DNA of 64,000 nt from the human T2T-CHM13v2.0 reference genome, Homo sapiens: NCBI RefSeq assembly GCF_009914755.1, contig NC_060947.1; one strand, given 5' to 3'. The notes under the pieces were generated by a model. It did not search any database and had not been told where the DNA came from. It saw nothing but the letters and a program-made list of their open reading frames with translations. The translations under genes and the position numbers were made by a program. Within the stretch, counting starts at the first letter, position 1. Each line of letters starts with the position of its first letter. Below are positions 27,843 through 41,829 of the stretch, piece by piece.

Positions 27843-29585
27843 AGGAAGAGGCAGAGAAAGATGGCAGAATAGAAGGCTCCACTGATCATCCTCCCATGAG
27901 GACACCAATTTAACAACTATCTACACAGAAAATAAAACACACCTTCATAAGAACCAAAAATCAGGTGAGCACTCACAGTACTTGGTTTCAACTTTGTATC
28001 ACTGAAAGAGGCACTCAAAAGGTAGACAAAAAGAGTCTTTAATCACTGATGCCACCCCTTTCCCATGCCCCTGGCAGTGGCAGCATGATGCTGAGACCAT
28101 TTCTGTGCACTGGGATAGGGAGAGAGTAGGAACTGTGAGGCATTGAACTCAGTGCTGCACTTGTTATAGCAGAATGCAAGATTGAAACAAACTCAGATAA
28201 TGCCTTCCCACACACGGAGCATTTAAACTAGCCCTAGCCAGAGGAGAATCACCAGTCTCAGAGGTCTGAACTTGAGGTCCCACAAGCCTTAGTACCGTGG
28301 GCCAAAGTTCTCTGGGGCTCTAAATAAACTTGAAAGGCAGTCTAGGCCACAAATACTGCAACTTTTAGGCAAGTCCTATTGCTGAACTGGGACCAGAGCC
28401 AGTAGACTGGGGTATAGGGTGGGATGGCACAATATAAAAAGACACAAGCTGGGGTGGCTAAGGGAGTGTTGGCATCACCCCTCCTCTAACTCCAGACAGC
28501 ACAACTTGTGGCTCCAACAGAGACTCCTTCCTTTTGCTTGAGGAGAGGAGAAGAAAGGTAGGGAGGACTTTGTCTTGCATCTTGGATAGCAGCTCAGCCA
28601 CAGCAGGATAGGGCATTTATCAGAATCACAAAACCCCTTTTCCAGGGCTTAGCTCCAAGATGATATTTCTAGACACACCATGGGCCAGAAGGGAACCTAC
28701 TTCCTTGAAGGGAAGGAACCAGTCCTGGCAGCATTCATCACCTACTAACTGAAGAGACAGTTGGGCCCTGAAAAACCAGCAGTAATACCCAGGTACTATA
28801 TCAAGGGATTTGGATGAGACTCTGAGACTTGCTGCCTTCAGGTGAGACTCAGCACATTTCCAGCTGTGACAGCTGTGGGGCAAGACTTCTTTTGCATGAG
28901 AAAAGCAGAGAGAAAAATAAAGGGGACTTTGTCTTGCGTATAGGTGCCAGCTCGGCCAGAGTTTGGTATGGCACCAAGTGGGCTCTTGAGGTCCCTAATT
29001 CCAGGATTTGGCTCTTGGACAGCATTTTTGGACCTGCCTTGGATCAGAAGGGAGCCGACTGCCCTGAAGTGTAAGACCCAGAATGGGCATCACTAATCAC
29101 AGGCTAACTAAAGAGTCCTTGGGCCTTAATGGAACATCGGCTGTAGTCTAGCCATACTCCCCATGGGCCTGTGGAAATGGTGGCCACCAGGTGAGGTTCC
29201 TCTGCCTTTTAAAAGGGATGGGAAGAGTGGGAAGGACCGCATTTTGTGGTTGAAGTGCCAGCTCAGCTGCAGTACAAGAGAACAATGTAGAATTCTAAGG
29301 TTTTTGACTCTAGTCCATGGCTCCGGGACATCGCCTTGGGATTGCCTGGGTCCTGAGGTAGCTCGCTGCTCTGAAGGGAAGAACACAGGCCTAGATGGCT
29401 TTGCCACCTGCTGACATAGAGCCCCAGAGCCTTGAGCAAACATAGGCAGTAGCCAAGGAGTAGTTACAGCAGGCCTTGGGTGAGATTCAGTGCTCTGCTG
29501 GCTTCAGGTATGATCCAGCACAATCACAGTGTTGGTGGCCACAGAGGTTCTTGTGTCACTCCAACCCCAGCTTCAGATGGCTCAG

Positions 29586-29629
<44 letters not shown>

Positions 29630-32484
29630 TCCCATATGTTTCAGAGAAAGTAAGATAAGAAAACAAGAGTCTCTGCCTGATAATACAGAGAATTCACCTG
29701 GATTTTATCCAAGACCATCAAGGTATATCTCTATGAGTCTGCAAGAACCACAGCATTACTGGGCTTGGAGTACTTCCTAAATCAGATGCAGCTCAGATTA
29801 CCACACGCAAGTCCTTTAGAATAGCTGGAATATCTTCCAAAGAAGAAGAGACATAAACCAGCCCAAACTAAGGAGACTAAAATAAATACCACACTCTTCA
29901 ATGTAGAGACCCAGACAAACATCTACAAGTGTAAAGACAATTCAGCAAAACTTGAGCTAAACAAATGAACTAAATGAGGCACCAGGAACCAGTCCTAAAA
30001 AACACGGAGATATATGACTTTTCAGAAGTGAATTCAAAATAGACTTTTTGAGGATACTGAAAGAAATTCAAGATAACACAAATAAGGAATTCAGAATTCT
30101 ATCAGATAAATTTAATGAAGAAAATTAGAAAATTAAAAAGAATCAAGCAGAAATTCTGAAGCTCAAAAAATGCAACTGGCATACTGAAGAATACATCATA
30201 GTCTTTTAATAGCAGAATTGGTCAAGCAGAAGAAATAATTAGTGAGCTTGAAGACAGGCTATTTAAAAATATGCAGTCAGAGGATACAAAAGAGAAAAGA
30301 AGAAAAAAACAGTGAAGCACACCTACAGCATCCAGAAAATAGCCTCAAAAGGGAAATTCTGAGTTTTTGGTGTTAAGGCGAAAGTAGAGAAGGAAATAGG
30401 GGCAGAAAATGTTTTCGAAGGGATAGTAACAGAGAACTTCCAAAACCCAGAAAAAGAGACCAATACTGAAGTACAAGAAGATTATACAACACCAAGCAGA
30501 TTTAACCCAAGGAAGACTTCCTTAAGGCATTTAATAATCAAACTCCAAAAGAAAAAGGATAAAGAAAGGATCCTAAAAGCAGCAAGAGAAAATAAGCAAA
30601 CAACATAAAATGGAGATTTTATATGTCTGGCAGCAGTCATTCAGTGGTAAATTTACAGGCCAGCAGAGAGTGGCATGATGTAATTTAGGTGCAGAAAGAA
30701 AAAAAAACTTTTACCCTAGAATAGTATATCCGATGAAAATATTTTTCAAATTATTCTTGAAAATATTCTTCAAATGAAGGAGAAATAAAGACTTTCCCAG
30801 ATAAACAAAAGCTGAGGAATTACGTGAATGCCAGGCATGAGCTACAAAAAAAAAAAAAAAAAAAAAAAAAAATGCTAAAAGGAGTACTTCAATCAGAAAG
30901 ATCAGAAAGTTAAAAAAAAAATGCTAAAAGGAGTACTTCTATCAGAAAGTAAAGGACATTAATGAGCAACAAATATTCACCTGAGAGTACAAAACTCACT
31001 GGTAATAGTAAGTGCCCAGGAAAACACAGAGCATTATAACGCTGTAGATGAGGTGTGTAAACTACTTTTATATTAACTAAGAATAGACGATGAAACAATG
31101 GAAAATAATGACTTCAACAACTTTTCAAGACATAGTCAGGACGATAAGGTATAAATAGAAACAACAAAAAGTTAAAAAGTGGGGGAATGAAGTAGTAGAA
31201 TTTTTATTAGTTTTCTTTTTACTTGTTTGTTTGTTTATGCAAACTTAAATCTAAGACCTCAAACTATGAAACTACTATGAGACAACATTGGGGAAAATCT
31301 GCAGGACATTGGTCTGGGTAAAAATTTCTTGAGCAATACCGCACAAGCACAGGCAACAAATCAAAAATGAACAAATGGAATAACCTCAAGTTAAAAAGCT
31401 TCTGCACAGCAAAGGAAACAATCAACAAAGTAAAGAGACAACCCACAGAATGGGAGATAGTATTTGCAAACTACCCATTCTACAAGGAATTAATAACTGG
31501 AATATATAAGGACTCAATCAACTTTGAAGGAAAAAACTATAATTATACGACAAAAAAGTTGGCAAATGATTTGAACAGACATTTCTCAAAAGAAGATGTA
31601 CAAATGGCAAATAGGGATATATAAATGTGGTCGCCATCACTGATCATCAGAGAAATGCAAAGAAAATCTACAATGAGACATCATCTCATCCCAGTTAAAA
31701 AGGTTTATATCTAAATGGCAGGCAGTAACAAATGGTGGCTAGGATGTGGAGAAAAGGGAGCCCCAAACACTGTTGGTGGGAATGTAAATAAATATAACTA
31801 CCATGAAGAACAATTTGGAGGTTGCTTATAAAACTGAAAAATAGAGGTACTATACAATCCAGCAATCTCACTGCTAGGTATATACCCAAAAGAAGGTAAA
31901 GCAATTTATTGAATAGATATCTGAATTCCCATGTTTGCTGCAGCAGTGCTTACAATAGCCAAGATTTAGAAGCAATCTAAGTTTCCATCAACAGATGAAT
32001 GGATAAAGAAAATGTGCTTCATGTAAACAATGGAGTACACTTTAGTCATAAACAATAATGAGATCTTATCATTTGCAGCAACATGGATAGAATTGGAGAT
32101 CATTATATTAAGTGAAATAAGCCAGATACAGAAAGAGAAACATCATATGTTTTCATTTATTTGTGGGATTTAAAAATTAAAACAATTCAACTCATTGACC
32201 TAGTGAGTAGAAGGATGGTTACCAGAGTTTGGGAAGGGTCCTACTATTTGAAAGCACAAGGCGACCATAATCAATAATAATTTGATTGTATATTTTAAAA
32301 TAACTAAAAGGATATAACTGGATTGTTTGTAACACAAAGGATAAATGCTTGAGAGGATGGATACCTCACTCTCCATGACGGGATTAGTATGCTTTGCATG
32401 CCTATATAAGACATCTCATGTTCCCCATATGTACACTATTATTTACCCACAGAACCAAAAAATTTTAAAAAATAAAAACAAAAC
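27843..32484 (+). mobile_element. L1MA1-3 (L1M1)-type element with 5'UTR and ORF1; most of ORF2 deleted at ~31243
   Basis: gaggcagagaaagatggcagaatagaaggctcc 5' start. ORF1-like ~29880-30950. ORF2 C-terminal peptide at 31367. TSD acaaaa(c/t)caacataca at 27785-27800 and 32485-32500. Confidence 0.85.
29589..29625 (+). repeat. (AG)n microsatellite
   Basis: ~18 AG units inside the L1 5'UTR. Confidence 0.97.
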
Positions 32485-32648
32485 ACAAAATCAACATACA
32501 AAAATCAGTAGCATTTTTATCACACTAACAGTAAACTATCTGAGAAAAATTAAAAACAATCTCATTTACAATAGTTACAAAAATATAAAAATTTTAGGAG
32601 TTAATTTAACCAAAGAGGTGAAAGATCTCTAGACTGAAAACTATAAAG

Positions 32649-32780
32649 TATTTCATCACCCAGGTAATAAGCATGGTACCTGAGAGGTAGTTTTTCAATC
32701 CTCAGCCTGGGATATTTAATTCATCTATATAACAAGCCTGCCAATTTACCCCTAAAACTAAAATAAATGCTAAAAAAAAA
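32649..32780 (+). mobile_element. Very short L1PA/L1PB 3'-end insertion with an inverted 5' half
   Basis: 32649-32705 is antisense L1 3'UTR (tatttcatcacccaggtaataagcat); 32715-32780 is the sense 3' end plus A tail. Confidence 0.65.
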
Positions 32781-33510
32781 CTAAAGTGCTGAGAGAGTAG
32801 ATAACTGTTCTCACCAGAAAAATGATAACTATGTGAGGTAATGCATATGTTAATTAGCTAAATTTAGTAATTCCACACTGTATATATGCTTCAAAATACC
32901 ATGTTATATGTGATAAATACATAAAATTTTCTTTCAATTTGAAATAAAATAATAAAAAAGAAATATGTTGCTTAATTTCCAAATAGCTGTGGGTTTTCTA
33001 AATTGTGTTTTGCTTTTTGAGTTTTTATCATACTCCATTGTGGCTATAGAGTTACTTTGTATGATTTTGATCATTTAAATTTATCGATACTTATTTTATG
33101 ACACAGTGTTTGGTCTATCCTGGAAAACATTCCATATTTGCTTGAGAAAAAAATCTATATATTCCTGTGTTGTTGGATGGAGTGGTTATTCAAAATACAA
33201 CTCTGTGCTAACTTTCTGTTTAGTTTTTCTACCAATTATTGAGATAATGCATTGAAGTCTCCAAATATTATTGTTGATTTGTGTTTCTTTTTTCAATTTA
33301 GTTTCTGTTTGTATTTGGGGAATCTATTACTATGTGATATGATCTATATATGTTCCTGCTGAGATGATCCTTCTATTATTATTAAATATCCCATTCCTTC
33401 TATGGAATTCCCATTATGGATATGTTAGTACACTTCATGGTATCTCACAGGTATTTTAGGCTTTGCTCATTTCTATTCATTCTTTTGTTGTTCCTCAAAA
33501 AAATAAATAA

Positions 33511-33828
<318 letters not shown>

Positions 33829-35290
33829 GATAAACTCAACTTATTTTTAGGTCTGCTAATTCTTTTTTTACCAGTACAAATCTGCTCTTGAGCCTATCTA
33901 GTGGGTTTTTTAAAATTTATTTATTTATTTCAGTAACTGTACTTTGCAACTCTAGAATTTCTCTTTGGTTCTTTTTTAAAGCTTCTGTCTGTTTATTGAT
34001 CGCTAGTAGGTGTGATGTTATCCTCATACTTTTCTTTAATTCAATGAAAATGGCTTCCTTTACTTCCTTAAACACATTGTAATATCTGATTTAATGTCCT
34101 TGTTTAGTAAGTTCAAAATCTGAGCTTCCAAAAGGACAGTTTCTATTGACTATTGGTTATTTTTCTGTGTATGAGCTATATCATTTCTTGTTTTTTTTTC
34201 TGACTCATAAGGTTTTCTTTCTTGAAAACTGGATGTTTAAAATATGATGTGGCAATATAATGCAGCAACTAGAAAAATTATAACACAGCCACCAAATTAG
34301 TTGTTATTGCTCTTTCTTATTCTTTTTGTTATTGCTGCTGTTTTTTTAGTGACTTCTTGGAATAATTCTATAAAGCCTGTATTCTTTATTGTATGTGTCC
34401 ACTGAAGTCTCTGCTTGGTTAGTTTAGTGATCAGATAATGACTAAACATTTTCTTTAGGGAAAAAGCTACTCATCCCCCAGTTTCTGCATCATACACTTA
34501 CATATTATATTTTTTATTTAGCCTCATTAGTATTCATCCTGAATGTTTTGTACTTTTTGTCCAAAAGATACCTAATGACATTTACACATGTCAATTTACC
34601 ATTTTATTATCTTTTAAGTGTTTGGTGAGAAAGATTCTTTATGATTTCATGTTCCTCTGGTAGAAAAGACTGCCAAGTGCATATTGACCCTTTTGGAAGA
34701 ACAAAAACATTCGAAGATGGAATCAAGACATACATGTCGAGCAGTTTTTTAAGTGAATGATGAGCTTTATTTAGCCCCTTGGGAGGAATTACCAATTAGT
34801 CATTGTACTGATGTTAGCCATCTGTAAGTCATGGAAGAAGCTGAAATATTCCTTTAAAATGTACACAAGTCTATGTACTATTTCAATGAAGACAACAATG
34901 GCACTGAATCTTGCAAAATTTATTGGCATAAAGAAGTGAACTTGCTCCTTTGCCACTAAGCAACTCACCAAACTTAACAAAAGATGTATATTCTTTGAAA
35001 AGTTGAGGAATTATGGGAATCACAATCTGATAGGATTCACTTGCCTAGAATATACAAACCCTAGGATGGGATTCATAGCTTAGGTTTATTATTAACACTC
35101 TATAATTTGCCTATGAATTTCTAGCATTCACTACCTTTGGAGTTTTTGTTTACATGTCTACATTCCTCATTATGAGTCTTTTCTTTAAAAAGTGAATGTG
35201 CCATCTTTTTTTATCCACAATGCATAGCGAAATATACATTACACAAAAGTAACCAATTAATAGTTTTAAAAAGTAAACAGAATCGTTATT

Positions 35291-37286
35291 TGATATGGTT
35301 TTGCTCTATGTCCCCACACAAATCTTATCTCAGATTGTAATCCCCATGTGTCTAAAGATGAACTGTAATCCCCATGTGTCAAGGGAAGGAAGTGATTGGA
35401 TCATGGTGGCAGTTTCCCCCATGCTGTTCTTGTGATACTGAGTGAATTTTCATTAGATATGATGGTTTTATAAATGGTAGTTTTTCCTGCACTCACACAT
35501 GCTCTGTCTTGCCTGCTGACATGTAAGATGTGCCTACTTCCCCTTCCACCATGATTGTTAATTTCCTGAGGCCTCCTCAGCCATGAGGAACTGTCAGTCA
35601 ATTAAACCTCTTTTATTTATAAATTACCATATCTCAGGCAGTTCTTTATAGCAGTGTGAAAAGGAACTAATAGAGTAAATTGGTACCGAGGGTGGGGTAC
35701 TGCTATAAAGATACCAGAGAATGTGGAAATGACTTTGGAAATGGGTATCAGAAAGAGGTTGGAACAGTTTGGAAAATTTTCTGCCTGGTGATAAGATAGA
35801 AAATAAAAACCAATTTTCTGGAGAGAAATTCAGGCTGGCTGAAGAAATGTGTATAAGTAATGAGGAGCCAAATGTTAATCACAAGGGGGAAAATGTCTCC
35901 AGGGTATGTCACAGACCTTCACAACAGCCCCTCCCATCACAGACCCAGAGGCCTAGGAGGGGAAATGGTTTTGTGGGCTAGGCCCAGGGCCCCCATGCTC
36001 TGTGTATTCTCAAAACTTGTTGCCCTGTGTCCAGCTGCTACACCTCCAGCCGTAACTAAAAGGAGCCAAGGTACAGCTTGGGCTGTTGCTTCAAAGGGTG
36101 CAAGCCCCAAGCCTTGGCAGCATCTACATGGTGTTGGGGCTGTGGTTGCACAGAAGACAGGAATTGAGGTTTGAGAACCTTGGTCTAGATTTCAGAGGAT
36201 GTATGGAAATGCCTAGATATCCACCCCAAAGTCTGCTGCAGGAGTGAAGACCTCATGGAGAACTTCTGCTAGGGCAGTGCAAAGGGGAAATGTTGGTTTG
36301 GAGACCCCACTCAGAGTCCCCACTGGGGCATAGTTTAGAGGAGCTGTTAGAAGAAAGTCACCATCCTCTAGACCCCAGAATGATAAATCCACCAATAGCT
36401 TGCACTGTGTGCCTGGAAAAGCCACAGACACTCAACACCAGCTGTGAAAGCAGCCACAGTGAGGGGATGGGGGTTATACCCTGCAAAGCCACAGGGGAAG
36501 AGCTGCCCAAGGCCATGGGAGCCCATCCTCTGCATCAGTGTGACTTGAATGTGAGACATGGAATCAAAGGAGATTATTTTGGAGCCTTAACATTTAATGA
36601 CTGCCCTACTGGATTTGGGACTTGCATAAGACCTGTAACCCCTTTTTTGGCTCATTTCTCCTATTTGGAATGGGAGCTTTTATCCAATGCCTGTACCCCC
36701 ACTGTGTCTTGAAAATAATTAACTTGCTTTTAGTTTTTCAGGCTTCTAGGGGGAAGGGCTTGCCTTGTCTCAGATGAGACTTTGAACTTGGACTTTTGGG
36801 TTGGTGTTGGAATAAGTTTAGACTTTGGAAGACTGTTGGGAAGGCATAATTGGTTTTAAAATGTGAACAGACATAAGATTTGTGGGTGGGCAGGGGCAGA
36901 AGAGTATTGTTTGACTCTCTGTCCCCACCCAAATCTCATCTCAGATTATAATCCCCATGTGTAAAGGGAGGGACTGGAATCCCCATGGATTGAGGGAGGG
37001 AAGTGTTTGGATTATGGGGACAGTTTCTCCCATGCTGTTCCCTTGATAATGAGTAAATTCTCATGAAATCTGATGGTCTTATAAATGGTAGTTTTCCCTG
37101 CACTCACATATGCTCTCTCTCTCCTGTTGCTATGTAAGATTTGACTGCTTCCTCTTCCATTGTGATTGTAAGTTTCCTGAGGCCTCCCCAGTAATGAGGA
37201 ACTGTGAGTCAATTAAACCTCTTTTATTTATATTTTTACCCAGTCCGGGGCAGTTCTTTACACTAGTGTAAAAGTGAAATAATACA
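35291..37286 (+). mobile_element. THE1D-like MaLR provirus: LTR 35291-35673, internal ~35674-36902, LTR ~36903-37286
   Basis: tgatatggtttt...aataca LTR termini, two homologous LTRs, internal starts gtaaattggtacc, polypurine tract gggcaggggcagaa before the 3' LTR. Confidence 0.92.
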
Positions 37287-37344
37287 GTTTCCATGAATAA
37301 AATGTTTAACAAAAGCTAAACACCAGGATACTGAATGAAGAAGA

Positions 37345-37530
37345 AAGACTTATTGAGTGCTTACTAAGTACTAGACACTGTTCTATACACTTTACATAGA
37401 CTTATTTATTTAATCCTTTTAGAAAGCAAACAAACAGATGACTAGGAAATAGACAATTTACATTTCAAAGTACTGAATAAGGGAGAAGCTAAATATCTTG
37501 CTCACAGTTCCCACAGTAGGTAATGGGTAA
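37345..37530 (-). mobile_element. MIR
   Basis: ttattgagtgcttactaagtactagacactgttcta. Confidence 0.6.
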
Positions 37531-38795
37531 AGGATTAAATAAAAGGCAATTACATTAAGTATAGCAGTGGATCATTCACTTAAAAAAGTAAAATTCTATG
37601 GTAAGCTTCTTTATTGATTAAGGCCCAGACCAATAATTTATAAATAGCCCTTTCTGTAGCCTTGGACACCCTTCAAATGTATGCTGTGGAGGCTGCAGAG
37701 GAGTATAATCTAGCAACCATTTGCCTGGTTCAGGTGATGGTATCCTAGAAAAATAATTAATGACAATGGTAATGCATATATGATTCTAGAAAAAAATTAA
37801 CTGGTTCTAATATTCACTTGAATAAAATATCTCCCACACCATATGGGAAAAGCCTCATGAATCTCAATCACTGGCTTTACTGGATAATTTGATAACTTTA
37901 TTAATTCTTTTGAATTTGACATAGAAAACTTCTAAGTGGAATAAAAATCATGCCATGATTACATAAGGAAAAGAAGAAAGGGAAGTAATTACTGTAATAG
38001 CTGCCTGACTATTGTCCCTGTTGCCACTCTGTTTCCCTATAATCCATTCTCTACAGAATTCTTAGCTGCTTCTCTCTCTCTCTCATCTTCCTACCACACC
38101 CTACCTTACTCACTGTACTCCATCTACTCTGGCATCACTGTTGTTCCTTAAGCACATTAGGACATGGCCTGAAAGGAGTACATCAAGTTTTGCTGCTGGA
38201 AACAGAACCATTTACAAGGAGAACATATGGTCAGTTACAAGACAGCTTTGATCCAAAATTAATAGTAATCAAATGGTAAATACCAAGTACTATTATAATT
38301 ATTATCATTGTTATTTTAAAATATTAAATGCAATAAAATATTTTATCTGGCACAAATCATATTGTCTGGTATATACCATATTACCTGATACAAATTAAAT
38401 GATTTCATTTGATTATTAAAATAATCCTGTAAGGTAGTTACACATTTTCCGAATTTTAGGTAAGGAAACAGGTACAAAGATTATGATTGGCCTACAAAGT
38501 TGGATCTGAAACCAAGAAAAGTTGGATGTGACAAACCTGTGCTAAAGCCACATCTAAAACAGTAATAAATGGTAGATATCTAGGTAATATCCAGTTGAAG
38601 TATTTCTTATTGCTCTGGCATACTAGTTGAGCATTTGGGTTCTAAAGTAAAATTACCTGATTCACATACTGTCTTAACCACCTACAATTGTTATAAGCAT
38701 AGACAATTTACTTAATATCTTTGAGCCCTAGTCTCCTCATTTGTAAAATGATGAAGTGTGAGTATTTGCTTTATCAGGTTAACATTGTAATTATA

Positions 38796-40399
38796 CTATC
38801 ATTAAAATGTCCATACTGTCCAAAGCAATGTATAGATTCAATGCTAATCTGATCAAAGTACCAATAACGTGCTTCATAGAACTAGGAAAAAACTATTTTT
38901 AAATTCACATGGAGCCAAAAAAGAGCCTGAATAGCAGGGCAATCTTAAACAGAAAGAACAAAGCTGGATGTATAACACTATAGGACTTCAAATGATACTA
39001 CAGGGTTACAGTAATTAAAACAGCATGATACTAGTACAAAAACAGACACAGAAACAAATGAAACAGAAGAGAGAGCACACAAATAAAGCCACACACCTGC
39101 AGCCATCTGATCTTTGACAAAGCTGACAAAAACAAGAAATGGGAAAAGAACTCCCTGTACAATAAATTGTGCTGGGATAACAGGCTAGCTGTATGCAGAA
39201 GATTCAAACAGCAAACCTCCCTTACACCATATACAAAAATCAACTCACGATGGATTAAAGACTTAAATGTAAAACCCCAAACTGAAAACCCTGAAAGACA
39301 ACCTAAGCAATACCATTCTGGAAATAGGACCTGGCAAAGATTTCATGACGAAGATGCCAAAAGCAGTTGCAACAAAAGCAAACATTGGTAAGTGGGATCT
39401 AATTAAAGAGCTTTGTCACAGCAACAGTAACTATTAAAAGTAAACAACCTACAGAATAGGAGAATTTTTTTGCAAACTATGCATCTGACAAAGGTCTAAT
39501 ATCCAGCATCTATTAGGAACTTAAACAAATCTACAATAAAATAAATAAAACATACAACCCTATAAAAAAGTGGGCAAAGGACATGAACAGACACTTTTCA
39601 AAAGAAGACATACGTGTGGCCAAAAAGCATATGAAAAGAAGTTCAACATCACTGATCATTACAGAAATTTAAATCAAAACAACAGTGTGATATTTTCTCA
39701 CACCAGTCAAAATGGCTGTTATTTAAAAGTCTAAAACTAATAGGTGCTGGCAAAGTTGTAGAGAAAAGAGAACACTTATGCACTGTTGGCAGGAGTGTAA
39801 ATTAGTTCAACCATTGTGCAAAACAGTTTGGCAATACATCAAAGACCTAAAGAAAGAACTACCATTATCATAATCTTACTGCTGGGTATATACCCAAAAG
39901 AATATAAATCATTCTATCATAAAGACACATGCTGCATATGTTCATTCTATCACTATTCACAATAGCAAAAGCATGGACTCAACCTAAATGCTCATCAGTT
40001 GTAGAATGGATAAAGGAAATGTGGTAAGTACACACCATAGAATACTATGCAGCCATAAAAAATAATTAGATTATATTCTTTGTAGGAACATGAATGAAAC
40101 TGGAGGCCATTATCCTTTGCAAACTAATGCAAGCACAGGAAACCAAATACCACATACTGTCACTTATAAGTGGGAGCTAAATGATGAGAACACATAGACA
40201 CATAGAGGGGAACAACAGACACTGTGGCCTGCCAGAGAGTGAAAGGTGGAAGGAGGGAGAGGATCAGGAAAAATAGCTAAGCAGTCCTAGGCTTAATGCA
40301 TAGGTGACAAAATAATCTATACAACAAACACCCATGATATGAGTTTACTATATAACAAACCTGCACATGTACCCTTGAAGTTAAAATAAAAGTTGAAAA
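38796..40399 (+). mobile_element. 5'-truncated L1PA13-16-like element inserted into a MIR
   Basis: ORF2 3' part and gagggagaggatcaggaaaaata-type 3'UTR. TSD aa(c/g)attgtaattata at 38781-38795 and 40400-40414. MIR sequence on both sides. Confidence 0.9.
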
Positions 40400-41019
40400 A
40401 AGATTGTAATTATATATGGAAAAAAGCCTAGTATAGAGCCAGGCACATAGAAAGTGTTCTGGGAAGGTTAACTATTAAACATTATAAATGAGAAATACAC
40501 AAATCCCAAGTACTATGACTTTAAAAGCAATTATATTTCCAGGCATATTTTCTAGGTTAGAATCATAACAGGTTGACTTTGCACACAAAACTGACACACT
40601 TGGCCCACCCAAAGTAAAACATGTGCTTTGAATATTTTTTCTCCAATAGTAGCAATGTGTTTGCAGGAAACCACCTTCATTGCCACATCTAGTCTTCTAA
40701 ATAAGGTCTTACTTTATCACGTGACCAGCCAGGATCAAGAGGGCCTACCTGCCTCTTCAAACCCTTGACCTCCTGAATAAAATATTTGTGCATTATCTTA
40801 ATGAGCTATGGGTATAAATAAACAAAAACATAGCCCGTCAAATTGACTTAGCCTGTCTGTTTTCAGAGCCATTCCAAAACTTGGGCTGAGAAACTGCAAA
40901 AGGAGAGGGCACAAACTGGTAAGAGGCTGACAAGTAACATGTCTGTATAGAAATTTTGTTACTGACTAAAGCATGCCTGTGGCTTAATGGAAGAAAAGGA
41001 ATGGAAATTAGATTGAGAA

Positions 41020-41230
41020 CATACTATATGTCAAATACTTTGCTATGTGCTTTCATACATACAATCTCACTTATACTCCCAACAACCCAATAGTATAGGT
41101 GTTATCACTCAACTCCACTTCCATTTTAGATTACAAAAAAAGTATTGGTCCAAATAGGTTAAATGACTGTTCTAAAGTTAGACAGTTAATACATGGTAGA
41201 GCCTATATTTGAACCCTCTGAAACTCTTAC
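41020..41230 (-). mobile_element. MIR
   Basis: tactatatgtcaaatactttgc...ggtagagcctatatttgaaccc. Confidence 0.6.
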
Positions 41231-41499
41231 TCTTTCTGCTTCCAAGGGGGGTTGGGGCCTGGGAAAATTAACATTAATAGTAGGGGTCATATTTATCTAA
41301 CGTGTAGATTGGTTTTTTGATCCCAACACTTAGAATAGGACATTAAAAGTGGTATAATGCATTTCAAGAAGCATAGTTGTGTTCTACCCTTTCAATCTCC
41401 TCTCTCACAATTTCCCTATATATGTTGTATGTACCAACAAAACCATCCTCTTTTCCAATTTTGAAGTTTTCCTACCTCTGAGTATGTTTGATTTTTAAA

Positions 41500-41640
41500 A
41501 GAGGCTGCTAAGAAAATGAAAAGGCAAGCCATAGACAGGAAGAAAATATTTTTATGACATATATTAGACAAAGGACTTCTATCTAGAATATAAAAAGAGC
41601 TGCCATAAATCAATAATGAAAAGAAAAACAACATAAAACA
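41500..41640 (+). mobile_element. L1ME-like fragment
   Basis: aagaaaatgaaaaggcaagccatagac...caaaggacttctatctagaatata. Confidence 0.65.
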
Positions 41641-41829
41641 GCCAGTGCCAAAATTCTAAGGTGGGAGCATGCCTAGTATGTTCAAAGAGCCTACCGTGGC
41701 AAGAGTAAAGTGACTGAGGGATAGAATAACAGAATAGAAATTAGAAAAAAAGAGTAGATCATATAAGGGCTTATAAATCCTATTAAAGAAGTTAGCTTTT
41801 ACTCTGAGTGAGATGGGAAGACACTAGAG

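Larger units (their letters stand above)
27346..32958 (+). mobile_element. L1MA/MB element nested in the minus-strand L1M (pieces 27346-27800, 32485-32648, 32785-32958)
   Basis: RT-region sequence continues across the 27801-32484 insert. L1MA-type 3' end (ataactatgtgaggtaatgcatatgttaattagc) with A tail. Confidence 0.75.

Noticed and set aside
34600-34980. Coding-looking stretch, possible processed pseudogene
   Set aside because: All frames close quickly and I recognise no protein.
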